A DNA stretch of 60,975 nt from Minisyncoccia bacterium (GTDB lineage: Bacteria; Patescibacteriota; Minisyncoccia; Phycocordibacterales; UBA5272). The first letter of the stretch is position 1; each line of letters starts with the position of its first letter. The DNA is taken from assembly GCA_038326985.1 (NCBI GenBank), contig JBBQKQ010000004.1, positions 1 to 60,975 on the forward strand. Direction: 5' to 3'. The notes below the pieces were generated by a model, which was given only the letters and a program-made list of their open reading frames with translations, ran no database searches and was not told where the DNA came from. Of the stretch, positions 1 through 9,354 are shown in pieces. A program made the position numbers and the translations under genes.

Positions 1-1480
1 TCATAAACTTTAAAGTAAAAGCTCCAAACGCACACAAGATTATAAACCGCAAAATGATCTCAGCTGAAGTTGCTAAGAAACTAGTTGGTAATACTGAAGC
101 TGCGGCACCAATCACAGTTCCAGTTGGGCTACTATTTGTTCCTGAAAGTCCAAGCTGAGTAAAAATAGGCGATGAAAAAATAGCAGTTATAAAAACTCCT
201 GTTAAAAATATGAAAAGGAGAAGAATTGGCGTGCGCCAAAGCTCATCGGTAAATTCTTTCATCACCTTGTCACTAAATGTTTTAAGAAAAGCAAGGATGT
301 CTTTAGTTGCACCAGTCCCACCAAATTTAAAGAAAAAGTCTGCGGTAATAAACGGAGAAAGTATCATGGCCATCACAAAAACTATGGCTCTATAAATAAA
401 TATCCAACAAATATATGAGAGTATGAAAATTGTAAATATAGTAATTAAAATTTTGACTATATTAAAAAGTATTCCGTTTAAATCATAGCTACCCGAATTG
501 TTTTGTAAAAAGCTGGTTTGCTGAGCTTGGCCTCTATAATCGTAAAAGCGTAGCTCATCTAATTGTTTAGAAAAAAATGCACCCAGGTCTGGGGGTTTGT
601 TTGGGTTTCGCCCGATACTTTTAAATTGTTCAAGATTACTTGAGCCTGCAGGCTGGACTGAAAGAGTGTACATTTGTAAAGTGAAAATATTCGAGAGGTC
701 TACTGCAAACTTAACAAATAAAAGTGAAAAGTTGATAAAAAGTGAAAATACCAAAAGACTAACAAATTTACTTCTAGTTTCATCGAATCCATTAAACATA
801 CTGCGAAGTGCATGATAAATAACTAAAAAGAAAATTATGGTATTAAAAATATCGCGTATTATACCCCACAAATAATAAATCAAAGTTTGTGGTGCTGCGC
901 TCGCCGCGCCAGTTGTAACTTGTGCAAAATCTACAAATCCATCTTTAAATTTTACTACTGTAAAAAATATTACAGTAGTTGCAAAGCTTCCAACAAAACT
1001 ACTTATAGTTTGTATTATTAAAATAATAAATTCTAAAATTTTATTAATTATAATAGCAAATAGAGCAGTTATACATGCACCTACTGTAGCAATAAAACCA
1101 CTGCCATAGGCAAGATTGGGTATAGAACAAGTACCTCTCTCTCTACATTCAGCACTGTTTGTAGACTCGTTCCATTCAGCAGTTTGAGTTGCTGTACATG
1201 TTCGCCTTCGTTCTTGCAACAAACCTTCTCTTGTAGTCTGTACTTGTGCCCTTGCAATTCCTCCAGAATTTGGATCAACAACTGTTGATGCAACATTACA
1301 TTGACCATTTTTACAAGTCCAGGTTATATTGCCTGGGCAAATATATCTTATTAGTCTACCTGGTTGAACACGTGTACAATCTCTAGAGGATAATTCTGCA
1401 GCTGTTTCAGCGTATAAATTTAAAAAGTTTGAAAAAAAGAATATAGAGAAAAAAGCAATGGAAAGATATTTCCTAAACAT
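1..1480 (-). CDS. Polytopic membrane protein, VirB6/TrbL-like CPR type (3' end beyond window)
   Basis: Not in the ORF track. ATG at 1480, and the frame appears open to the window edge. Signal peptide, Cys-rich N-domain, then hydrophobic helices with WGIIRDIFN...LFINFSLLFVKFAVDLSN, a motif I associate with Parcubacteria VirB6-like proteins. Confidence 0.6.
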   Translation of the reverse strand, partial: MFRKYLSIAFFSIFFFSNFLNLYAETAAELSSRDCTRVQPGRLIRYICPGNITWTCKNGQCNVASTVVDPNSGGIARAQVQTTREGLLQERRRTCTATQTAEWNESTNSAECRERGTCSIPNLAYGSGFIATVGACITALFAIIINKILEFIILIIQTISSFVGSFATTVIFFTVVKFKDGFVDFAQVTTGAASAAPQTLIYYLWGIIRDIFNTIIFFLVIYHALRSMFNGFDETRSKFVSLLVFSLFINFSLLFVKFAVDLSNIFTLQMYTLSVQPAGSSNLEQFKSIGRNPNKPPDLGAFFSKQLDELRFYDYRGQAQQTSFLQNNSGSYDLNGILFNIVKILITIFTIFILSYICWIFIYRAIVFVMAMILSPFITADFFFKFGGTGATKDILAFLKTFSDKVMKEFTDELWRTPILLLFIFLTGVFITAIFSSPIFTQLGLSGTNSSPTGTVIGAAASVLPTSFLATSAEIILRFIILCAFGAFTLKFM

Positions 1481-1519
1481 ATTTTGTAGTATAACCTGCT
1501 TTTGTGTAGATTAGAAATT

Positions 1520-3079
1520 TTATGGAGTAGTCGTTGTGGCTGAAACTTTTACTCCGGATGTTGGTGTAGTTGTTGAAGCGGTTGAAGTTGCTGTAGCTCT
1601 TACACTTGCCGCCGCCGCATCTACACAAACTTGTAAAACTTGTTTTACAGCGTCTAAAACTGTGTCGAGCACTGCTTGGTTTATGTTGTCACGCAAATCT
1701 GTGTTTACTTTGTTAATAAAAGCGGTATGGTTTTGGGTAGGATTTCCGACCTCTTTTTCATAGGCAGCTTCAATATTAGTTTTATAATCCTTAAATATTT
1801 TTTGTGCTTTAGTTATCGCGGTAATAGTCGAAGCTCTATTTGCAACTGGTAATTTAACACATGGAGAGGTAGTAGATGCATAATAAGTCTTTGCAGCTTC
1901 GTAGAGGTCAATTGCAACATTTAAATTCCCTATTAATTTAATGTAATTAGCTTTAACACCTTCAAGCTCGGCAGCAGAGCCACCAGTATCCAAGTTTCCT
2001 AGTACATTTCCGGCACCACCTGTTGGGCTTCCTCCTGATTGTCCACTTTGAGAGCCAAAGTTGCTAGTCATGTTTTCGTCAAACAAATTTCCTTCTCTTA
2101 CCCTAGTAGAAATATTTGCTAGTCCACCGTCTGGCCCTAATATTCCAGCCGCAGAAAAAGCCTGGTTATAAGGAAGTGCTATAATATTTCTAACTGCTTC
2201 CTGAGCAAAGAATATTGGTGTTTCTTCGTAGTATAAACATTCTGGCTTAAGAGGGTCAACTGTTGCCGGATTCGCTCCGTTTCTAGTTTGCCTACAAATA
2301 CGTGTTGGCTGTAGTCCACCACTTCTGTCAGAAATGCTTTGTATATGAGATTGTTCTGAGGCTATTGTTAATTGTGCTGATTGGAAACCTTGGCGAATTA
2401 TTTCTGCTGGGTAGGCTCCATTTGCAAAAGCTTCACGACACATAGAGGTTATATAACCATATTGTCTCATTTGGGCTTGGCACTGTTCGGAAAGTCTATA
2501 AATTGCATTTCTTCTTTGAGTTGCAAGATCCGTATCAGGGTTAGCAGCCGAAACTAATAGACGCTCAATGTCTCTGGCTTGAGGATTTAGGGTATCACTT
2601 CTTAAATTTTGAATTAGGCGTTCTGTGGTTCTATCTCTTGCATTTGCTAAAGTACAAGCTGTATCTGCACCACAGGCAGAAGTTATAGCTGTCAATTCTC
2701 TAAAGGCTTGATTTTTCACAGCAACAATTGAGCGTGCCTGTTCGTTTGATTTTGTACAAAATTCTGTAAAATGAGCTATTTTTAATTCATCCACAGTTTG
2801 ATTTGTGGCTCTGTTGATGGCAAAAATTGCTGGCCCTATATTTATCGCCGAAACAGGTACGGATGCACCACCACCTGCAGTAGAACCTGGAGTACTTGGT
2901 CTAGCTATGTATGCAGTACAAAGTCTGTTTGCAACTAATCCTGCGTTTGTATTGTCCGCATATGGTTCCGCTTTTACAAACTTTAAGTCCAATAATAATA
3001 AAAATGATAAAAGAATTACTAAAAAAACTTTTTGAAAAATAATATTTGAAATTGTTTTAGAAAAATTAATTACCTGCAT
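1520..3079 (-). CDS. Secreted/membrane-anchored Cys-containing hypothetical protein
   Basis: 519-aa ORF, hydrophobic N-terminus ending VKA|EP, paired Cys, Thr/Ser-rich tail. Confidence 0.7.
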   Translation of the reverse strand: MQVINFSKTISNIIFQKVFLVILLSFLLLLDLKFVKAEPYADNTNAGLVANRLCTAYIARPSTPGSTAGGGASVPVSAINIGPAIFAINRATNQTVDELKIAHFTEFCTKSNEQARSIVAVKNQAFRELTAITSACGADTACTLANARDRTTERLIQNLRSDTLNPQARDIERLLVSAANPDTDLATQRRNAIYRLSEQCQAQMRQYGYITSMCREAFANGAYPAEIIRQGFQSAQLTIASEQSHIQSISDRSGGLQPTRICRQTRNGANPATVDPLKPECLYYEETPIFFAQEAVRNIIALPYNQAFSAAGILGPDGGLANISTRVREGNLFDENMTSNFGSQSGQSGGSPTGGAGNVLGNLDTGGSAAELEGVKANYIKLIGNLNVAIDLYEAAKTYYASTTSPCVKLPVANRASTITAITKAQKIFKDYKTNIEAAYEKEVGNPTQNHTAFINKVNTDLRDNINQAVLDTVLDAVKQVLQVCVDAAAASVRATATSTASTTTPTSGVKVSATTTTP

Positions 3080-3782
3080 AACGTGAAAATATTATAGCAT
3101 TTAATGCTTCTATGTATTGTACCACCCAAAGTTTATAAATTGTTGGGTCCTTCTCTGTTCGGAGAGTTTTTAAAATATAAGCAATATTTCGAGCAGATTT
3201 TACAGTTTCCTCACTTTTTAATTTAAAATAAATTGGCGTATCTAGACTTTGGATTTTATCTGCAAACTCGGCGTATAGATTTGCAGTACGTAAAAAATTC
3301 TCTCTGTCAAAATCAGAAAGCGGAATAAAAAGGTTGTCATTTTCAAACTGCAATGCAAAAGTTTTTGACTCACTTGTCATACCAGCTTTTTTTTGATCTT
3401 GGTAAATTTTCTCAAACTTTTGACTGTAAATTTTCTTATCAAAATTTCCTACTTTTAAAGTTGGAGTTGCTTGCTCGGGGATAGTTATCCTTGCATCCAA
3501 ATCTGCTTTTACAGAATTTACCACTTCCTCGTCACCTTGTCCTTGCATTTCTTTTTTCTTAGTCAAGTACATTTCATAAATTGAAAGATCATTTTTATTT
3601 TTAGAAATTGTATTTTCATCAAGCGTTGAAGTGCTATTTTGATAATCGTTGTTTATATTCATTGTGTTCCCAATATTTTCACTATTACTTGATCTAAAAA
3701 AAACATAATATATAAATAGTCCAAATACAACAAATAATACTAAAAGTATTTCTAAAATAGAATAGTTTTTTGTTTCATTCAT
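3066..3782 (-). CDS. Single-TM hypothetical protein
   Basis: Start placed at ATG 3782 (MNETKNYS), just after a TATACT box; N-terminal TM helix. Confidence 0.7.
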   Translation of the reverse strand: MNETKNYSILEILLVLFVVFGLFIYYVFFRSSNSENIGNTMNINNDYQNSTSTLDENTISKNKNDLSIYEMYLTKKKEMQGQGDEEVVNSVKADLDARITIPEQATPTLKVGNFDKKIYSQKFEKIYQDQKKAGMTSESKTFALQFENDNLFIPLSDFDRENFLRTANLYAEFADKIQSLDTPIYFKLKSEETVKSARNIAYILKTLRTEKDPTIYKLWVVQYIEALNAIIFSRYAGN

Positions 3783-4848
3783 GAATATAGTATATACTAT
3801 ATTTGTCAGGAAAAATAAATTTAATTTTAAAATTTTATATATATTTTGTATATTAATACTCCCCTGTTTTTTATCGGCGCAAAGTATTTTACCAGTAAAT
3901 GTGCAGGAACAACTAGTCAACCAAAGACTAAGGAATTTTTTTCAACCTGGTCTGGAAATAAGTGACAACGAGGTTGGAGCAATTAGAAGGTTGGACAACA
4001 CATCTCTTGGAAATTTACTTACTACAGTGAGAAGTTTAATTTTAAATAAAAATTTTGGTCAAGGGCAAAATTCTAGTAGTTCTACAACTTCTGGTTTACC
4101 AATTTATTCTAATTCTTTTTCTACCCAAACTCCCTACTGCAACTCTCGCATAAACGTGTGTTCATCTGACCAAAATTATTTAAACTATCAAACTGTGAGC
4201 CCTGTAACTACTCCAGCACCAACAAATAATTCTAGTTCTTTTCTTTCAAGTTTTACAGGCAATCCAAGCAGTATTCTAAGTATTTTAAGTATAAGTGGAA
4301 TGTTTAGAAATTCTAATACTGCTACCAACCAATATTTACCCCAGATTCAAAACCCAAGTGCCGATACGGGTAAAAATAGTATTTTAAGTTATTTAACTAG
4401 CAATAGAACCCCAACTCCAAGAACAATTCAACCAAATTTACAACCGCTCGACCCCAATTTCCAAATTCCAGAAGATATAATTGATATGTGTAGACAAGGT
4501 TACGGCATAGATGCGAGTGGGAGCTGTGTCGATGTTGAAAATCTTACCTCGACAGTAAAGCTGACTGCTATGCAAGCCTGCACTGTTGCTAGAAAAAGAA
4601 TACCCTCTCAGTCTCAATATAGAAGTGCAGAGTGTAATTCGCGAGTTGGTTGAGCCGACAGTTCGTCGCACTTGAGCGGGATGGCTCTAGATATTAATGT
4701 TAGTAGCTTAACAAGTGTAGAAAGGCAAGCTATATTTTTAGTATTTAAACAAAAAGGTTTTAATAATATTGGGTGTTATAGAGCTGGGTCTGGCAATGTT
4801 CATTTGGACCAACGTAACAATGTGTCATCAATCCTTTCAGGAATCTGA
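3781..4848 (+). pseudogene. Secreted peptidase M15A-like (D-Ala-D-Ala carboxypeptidase fold) protein interrupted by an in-frame TGA at 4651-4653
   Basis: YRSAECNSRVG*ADSSSHLSGMALD...GFNNIGCY...NVHLDQR. The frame stays open 64 codons past the TGA and carries the SxHxxGxAxD and HxD Zn ligands. True start uncertain. Confidence 0.75.
3784..3803. promoter_or_regulatory. Perfect 20-bp palindrome carrying TATACT on both strands (divergent promoter)
   Basis: AATATAGTATATACTATATT between divergent genes. Confidence 0.6.
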
Positions 4849-6998
4849 GAAGCAGGAGTAAGGGTTGGGCCAGCAGGTGCTTGATACAATGGAGTTGGTG
4901 CTATTGCAGGTCTTACCGCTGCGCCTGGCGTTGCTGAGTTTGGGGCTGGAGTTCCACAAGTTGTGGTGAAAGTAACAGGTGCAGTAAAGGTCCATGTAGG
5001 GTTTCTTTTAAGAAGGTCATTATCTAATGTACAAACACCTTTGAGGCCTTCTGGATAATTTACATTCGAAGTTACTGGTACTTTTGCAAAGCGAACGCAA
5101 CAGATTTCATTTTTTTCATTATTGTCAGTTGCTTCTCGTACATTATTTGTTATGTAACATTTATTTTCACTCACACCTCTTAATGTTGGACCACCTTGCC
5201 CGTCATTGAAACTCATTTTGTATCTTATAATATTTCCAGTAAATGAACTTGATACTGCTGAATTTGGCTTTTGTTTTAAGAAAAATGGTCTTTCAGTAGG
5301 CGATCTAAGTATAAAACTATCTACTTTACCTGATATTGTTGTTATACCACCGGAAGTATCGGGAATGATTTTATCTTTCGGTAGTATCGCTTGGCAATCG
5401 TATACTTTTTCTATCTTGCCCCCTTGAACGTTTACTAATGTGGCTGCATCACCCGGTGCACTAGCCCCTGCTGCTCCGGTTGCTGCAGCACCAGTTGACC
5501 CTGCGGCAGTTCCTAAAGGTGAAGTGCCTAAAGGAGAAATTAATGGACCCGTGCCACCAGCAGGAATAGATGAACCGCCCGTCAAAGACGTAGGGTTTTG
5601 ACCACTAAGATATCTCATGAGATCCGCCTGACTCATGTTACCTCCAGTTTGAATTGGAGAAGTAGTTTGCCGACTTCCAAAAAGGTTAGAAAAAATACCT
5701 GAAAGCCCACCACCACTACTTCCAATGCCCCCACTCCCACTAAAAAGATTCCCCAGTAAAAAACCTATTCCTACATTTGTTATTAGTTGCCCTGTTGTTT
5801 GTCCAGAAGAAGTGTTACTTCTTGAAGTATTAGTGTTATTTGCAGTGTTGCCTTGCACTGGAGCGATACATATTTGAGTATTAGGAATTTGTTGGCCGTT
5901 GCAGTAATAAGTTGTAGGAGCATTCGAGGTGTTTAAAGTTGGGGCGGCAGCGAGTCTGTCTAAAAGAGAATTTAGAGAGGATGTGTCTGGCAAGATTGGA
6001 TTAGCTGCACTAGCTATGTTTCTATCATTGGCTATGTCTACAGCACTAGTTGTAGCAGTTTGAGTTGCGGTAGTTGGAGGATTGGCAACCACAATATTAC
6101 CACCTCTAGGGGCGTAAACTCCTACAAAAATTTCGTTGGAAGCTGTTAGATTTTTATTGCCATTGGCATCTTCTATTTTTTCCGCTTCAACTTGTAGTGT
6201 TACTTCTCTTACTCCTTCATTGGGAGAAATGCTTATTACAAAATATCCTCTCCCTAATTTTCGAATATCTTTTATGCCGCCACCATAAAGTATAAACGAA
6301 GAGGCATCAGGCTTTTTAATTTCGTTTGAGGCGTTTAGAAAAACTTTAAATGTCTCACCTTGCAATACAGAATTTATATTTGAAGATAAAGATACATTCA
6401 AATCTGTATTTGTAACAGTGCTACTTGAGGTGCTAATTTGCGAAACTTGAGTCTGGACAGGTACGATTGTATTGTAGTTTGCGGGATTATTTGTAGAAAC
6501 ATTTGTGGGTACACCACTTTGCAAATCTCTATTTCCAGTACAAATCGCAGACATAACAGTTCTTGTGCGTGGTCCAAAGCGACCGTTGGCAATGCCGATG
6601 TATTCTATAAATAGTGCTTGGAATTTCTTAACTGCATCTTTAGTAGTTTGGCCGAAAGTTAAAGTTTCATTTCCAGAGCTTCCAAGGCCGCTTACTGCAA
6701 TTTGAGTTCTCTGGTCAGAGTTTAAAAGCTTTTGCAAGAGTTTTACGTCCTCACCTTTTTTCCCTAAAAATAAATCTCTCTCAAACGCATAAGGACACTT
6801 TAAAGAATTGTCAGTATAAGTTTGTGCCCGTTCATTATTATAATTTTGCGCTGGTCCAACTGGTATTACTTCTGTAACTGGTCGCGCAGTGTCAGTGAAA
6901 ATATTTGCTTCAACGGCATCTTGTCCGTGAACAATAATAATAAATAGAAAAACAAAAAAAGCAGAACCGATAGAAATCTTAGCTATACTTTTCAACAT
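4800..6998 (-). CDS. Peptidoglycan-binding domain + Ig-like surface protein with Gly/Ser/Thr linker and Cys-rich C-domain
   Basis: FERDLFLGKKGEDVKLLQKLLN...FGQTTKDAVKKFQ...GRFGPRTR (PG_binding_1 pattern); start at MLKSIAK after TATACT. Confidence 0.75.
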   Translation of the reverse strand: MLKSIAKISIGSAFFVFLFIIIVHGQDAVEANIFTDTARPVTEVIPVGPAQNYNNERAQTYTDNSLKCPYAFERDLFLGKKGEDVKLLQKLLNSDQRTQIAVSGLGSSGNETLTFGQTTKDAVKKFQALFIEYIGIANGRFGPRTRTVMSAICTGNRDLQSGVPTNVSTNNPANYNTIVPVQTQVSQISTSSSTVTNTDLNVSLSSNINSVLQGETFKVFLNASNEIKKPDASSFILYGGGIKDIRKLGRGYFVISISPNEGVREVTLQVEAEKIEDANGNKNLTASNEIFVGVYAPRGGNIVVANPPTTATQTATTSAVDIANDRNIASAANPILPDTSSLNSLLDRLAAAPTLNTSNAPTTYYCNGQQIPNTQICIAPVQGNTANNTNTSRSNTSSGQTTGQLITNVGIGFLLGNLFSGSGGIGSSGGGLSGIFSNLFGSRQTTSPIQTGGNMSQADLMRYLSGQNPTSLTGGSSIPAGGTGPLISPLGTSPLGTAAGSTGAAATGAAGASAPGDAATLVNVQGGKIEKVYDCQAILPKDKIIPDTSGGITTISGKVDSFILRSPTERPFFLKQKPNSAVSSSFTGNIIRYKMSFNDGQGGPTLRGVSENKCYITNNVREATDNNEKNEICCVRFAKVPVTSNVNYPEGLKGVCTLDNDLLKRNPTWTFTAPVTFTTTCGTPAPNSATPGAAVRPAIAPTPLYQAPAGPTLTPASQIPERIDDTLLRWSK

Positions 6999-7051
6999 AT
7001 TTTTAGTATATACTATTAAAAAATAATGTATACTAAAATACATATATATTT

Positions 7052-8521
7052 ATGTGGAAAAAAATAACCCTGTCTTTTTTTTGTTTAACCCTATTAATTA
7101 ATAGTGCCTCCGCAGAAGTTTTACAATGTCCCAATTATTCATTTGAGCGAAATTTGGTCCAAGGAAATAGCGGAGAAGATGTTAGGCTTTTACAAAAAAT
7201 TTTAAATGCTGACAGGAGAACTTCGGTTGCATTTTCAGGAGCTGGGTCACCCGGAAAAGAAACTAGTATTTTTGGAAAAGCAACACGCGAGTCTTTAAAG
7301 CGGTTTCAAGCCCTATTTATTGAATACGTTGGTATTGCAGATGGAAAGCTTAATCAGAAAACTAGAGGTGCGCTCAACTTGGTTTGTAAAGGTCCTTACT
7401 TTACAAATGGAACTGGTAAGGTTTATGATGTGAATAAGGAAGTCGTTCCAAACAACACAAATACTACTCCCTTGGTAGTTGCTATGGCAGGGCCAAGTAC
7501 TTATGTAACCGACACTCCCTTTCAAGCATATTTGGCTTCCAACAAAGCTATTAAAACTCCAAGTATCACCAGTTTAATTATTTCTGGAGCCTCTGCACAA
7601 TCTTTTAGAAAAATATCTTCAACTACTTATTCTTTTCTGGTTGTACCGAACGAAGATGTGAGAGACACTATTACATTCCAAATGGAAGCAGATGCAGTCG
7701 AGGACAGTAACAATAACAGAAATATAAACGCCAGTAACGAATGGGTAGTTACTAAAATTTCTACTCCATTACCTGCTACCACTACCTCACCTTTCCCACT
7801 TTCTACAAGTTCTACCAATACAAACCCTTTTGTTTACCCTGATTATGTGCCACCTACTATCGATTTTCCAACTATAGGCGATTTTAAAATCACAAATGGC
7901 AGAAACCTGGATTGTTCAAGAGTTGCAAGTGTATCGGTTACAGATTATTCGAATCCTTGCTACGGTCGAACTTCAATGGTTCCAGATCCAAACACAGGCG
8001 CCAATACTTCGCAAACTTCAAATAGTTCTGGCGGAAGTAGTGGAGGTGGCTCAGGATTAGTGCAAAACATAATGATGGGTCTTGTCGGTGCTTTGCTTTT
8101 AAATACTGTCACTGGTGGAGCTGTAGTTAGCGGGATATCAAGCGCTGCTAGTAGCGTCGGTAGTGCAATAGGGAGTTTATTTAGTTCTGGAATATATGGA
8201 GGAGGAGTAGGATCAGTTCCTGGTGTCTGTGTATGTAAACCAACTACTGTTCCTCCGGGGACATTATTGGGAGTGCCAACTATTCATTTATTACCTCTTC
8301 CTGGGAGTGTAATGATTCCAGGAAGATATTTGATGGAAGCAAACCCAGGGATTGGAAAATTCTTAGGCACAGTGTTTCCGGCTCCAATAGGAGTATGTGG
8401 ACAATCCATGGTACTTCTTCCTAACGGTGTAGTGAAGTGTGTTCTACCATTTTCAGACAGCACAGGTATACCTATTACTGGTTTAATACCGCCACCACCT
8501 GCATTTATTTGGGGATTTTAA
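7052..8521 (+). CDS. Peptidoglycan-binding domain + Ig-like surface protein, paralog of the divergent gene
   Basis: Signal peptide ASA|EV; FERNLVQGNSGEDVRLLQKILN...FQALFIEYVGIADG, closely similar to the 4800-6998 protein. Confidence 0.8.
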   Translation: MWKKITLSFFCLTLLINSASAEVLQCPNYSFERNLVQGNSGEDVRLLQKILNADRRTSVAFSGAGSPGKETSIFGKATRESLKRFQALFIEYVGIADGKLNQKTRGALNLVCKGPYFTNGTGKVYDVNKEVVPNNTNTTPLVVAMAGPSTYVTDTPFQAYLASNKAIKTPSITSLIISGASAQSFRKISSTTYSFLVVPNEDVRDTITFQMEADAVEDSNNNRNINASNEWVVTKISTPLPATTTSPFPLSTSSTNTNPFVYPDYVPPTIDFPTIGDFKITNGRNLDCSRVASVSVTDYSNPCYGRTSMVPDPNTGANTSQTSNSSGGSSGGGSGLVQNIMMGLVGALLLNTVTGGAVVSGISSAASSVGSAIGSLFSSGIYGGGVGSVPGVCVCKPTTVPPGTLLGVPTIHLLPLPGSVMIPGRYLMEANPGIGKFLGTVFPAPIGVCGQSMVLLPNGVVKCVLPFSDSTGIPITGLIPPPPAFIWGF

Positions 8522-9351
8522 AATTCTTTAATTATTTTTTTCCAAGTTTCTAGTGAAACATCTTCAGCTCTTTGTTTCTCTGTAAAATACTTTCTGAGTT
8601 CTTCAGCTACCTCTTGACCTAGAATATGTTTTATATTTCCAAGTGCAAATTTTCTTTTTTGTTTAAACGCAGCTTTCATGATTTTGAAAAAACTATCGTA
8701 GTGACTTTTATTTTTAAATGGATTTTCAATATTTGAAATTTGCAATATCGCTGAGTCAACTTTTGGCGCTGGTGAAAAGCTCCCTGCTTTCACAATGTCA
8801 ATTATTTTTACATTGCCGTCTAATGAAAATATTTTTACAGAAATAGAAAGTATAGACTCTTTTTTATCTATAGCTACAATTCTTTGCGCAACTTCTTTTT
8901 GTACTAAAAAAGTAGCAGCTAAGGGTAAAATTTTTTGCTCAAAAGTATGTCTAAATATCGCCCCTGTTATATAGTACGGAATATTACCTACTAAAACATA
9001 TTGCCTCACCCCCGGCCCCTCTCCGGTGGAGAGGGGAGCAGTGTTATAATCTATTTCTAAACAATTTTTATTTATTATAAAAAGTTTTTTATTATCTATT
9101 TCTTTTTTAAATTTCTGTTTTAAAATTTCAATCGCCCTCTGGTCAATTTCTATAATATAAACTACACCCCCGTATTCTAAAAGTTTTTCTGTAAGCACTC
9201 CTTCCCCTGGACCAATTTCAAATATCACTACTTCACCATTTTTAATTTCATCTGAAAAACTCCCAATCGACTCTTTCATTTGAAGTAATGCTTTTTCACT
9301 ACGCAAAAAATGCTGCCCTAAACTTTTTTTTGCCAAGAGAATTGGAGTCAT
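8518..9351 (-). CDS. rsmA: 16S rRNA m6,2A dimethyltransferase KsgA/RsmA
   Basis: AKKSLGQHFL, EIGPGEGVLT, GNIPYYIT, QKEVAQR, FSPAPKVDS. Confidence 0.95.
   Translation of the reverse strand: MTPILLAKKSLGQHFLRSEKALLQMKESIGSFSDEIKNGEVVIFEIGPGEGVLTEKLLEYGGVVYIIEIDQRAIEILKQKFKKEIDNKKLFIINKNCLEIDYNTAPLSTGEGPGVRQYVLVGNIPYYITGAIFRHTFEQKILPLAATFLVQKEVAQRIVAIDKKESILSISVKIFSLDGNVKIIDIVKAGSFSPAPKVDSAILQISNIENPFKNKSHYDSFFKIMKAAFKQKRKFALGNIKHILGQEVAEELRKYFTEKQRAEDVSLETWKKIIKEF
9003..9038 (+). repeat. 36-bp GC-rich palindromic element in frame within rsmA
   Basis: GCCTCACCCCCGGCCCCTCTCCGGTGGAGAGGGGAG; sister copies at 57633 and 45961. Confidence 0.75.
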
Positions 9352-9354
9352 ATT

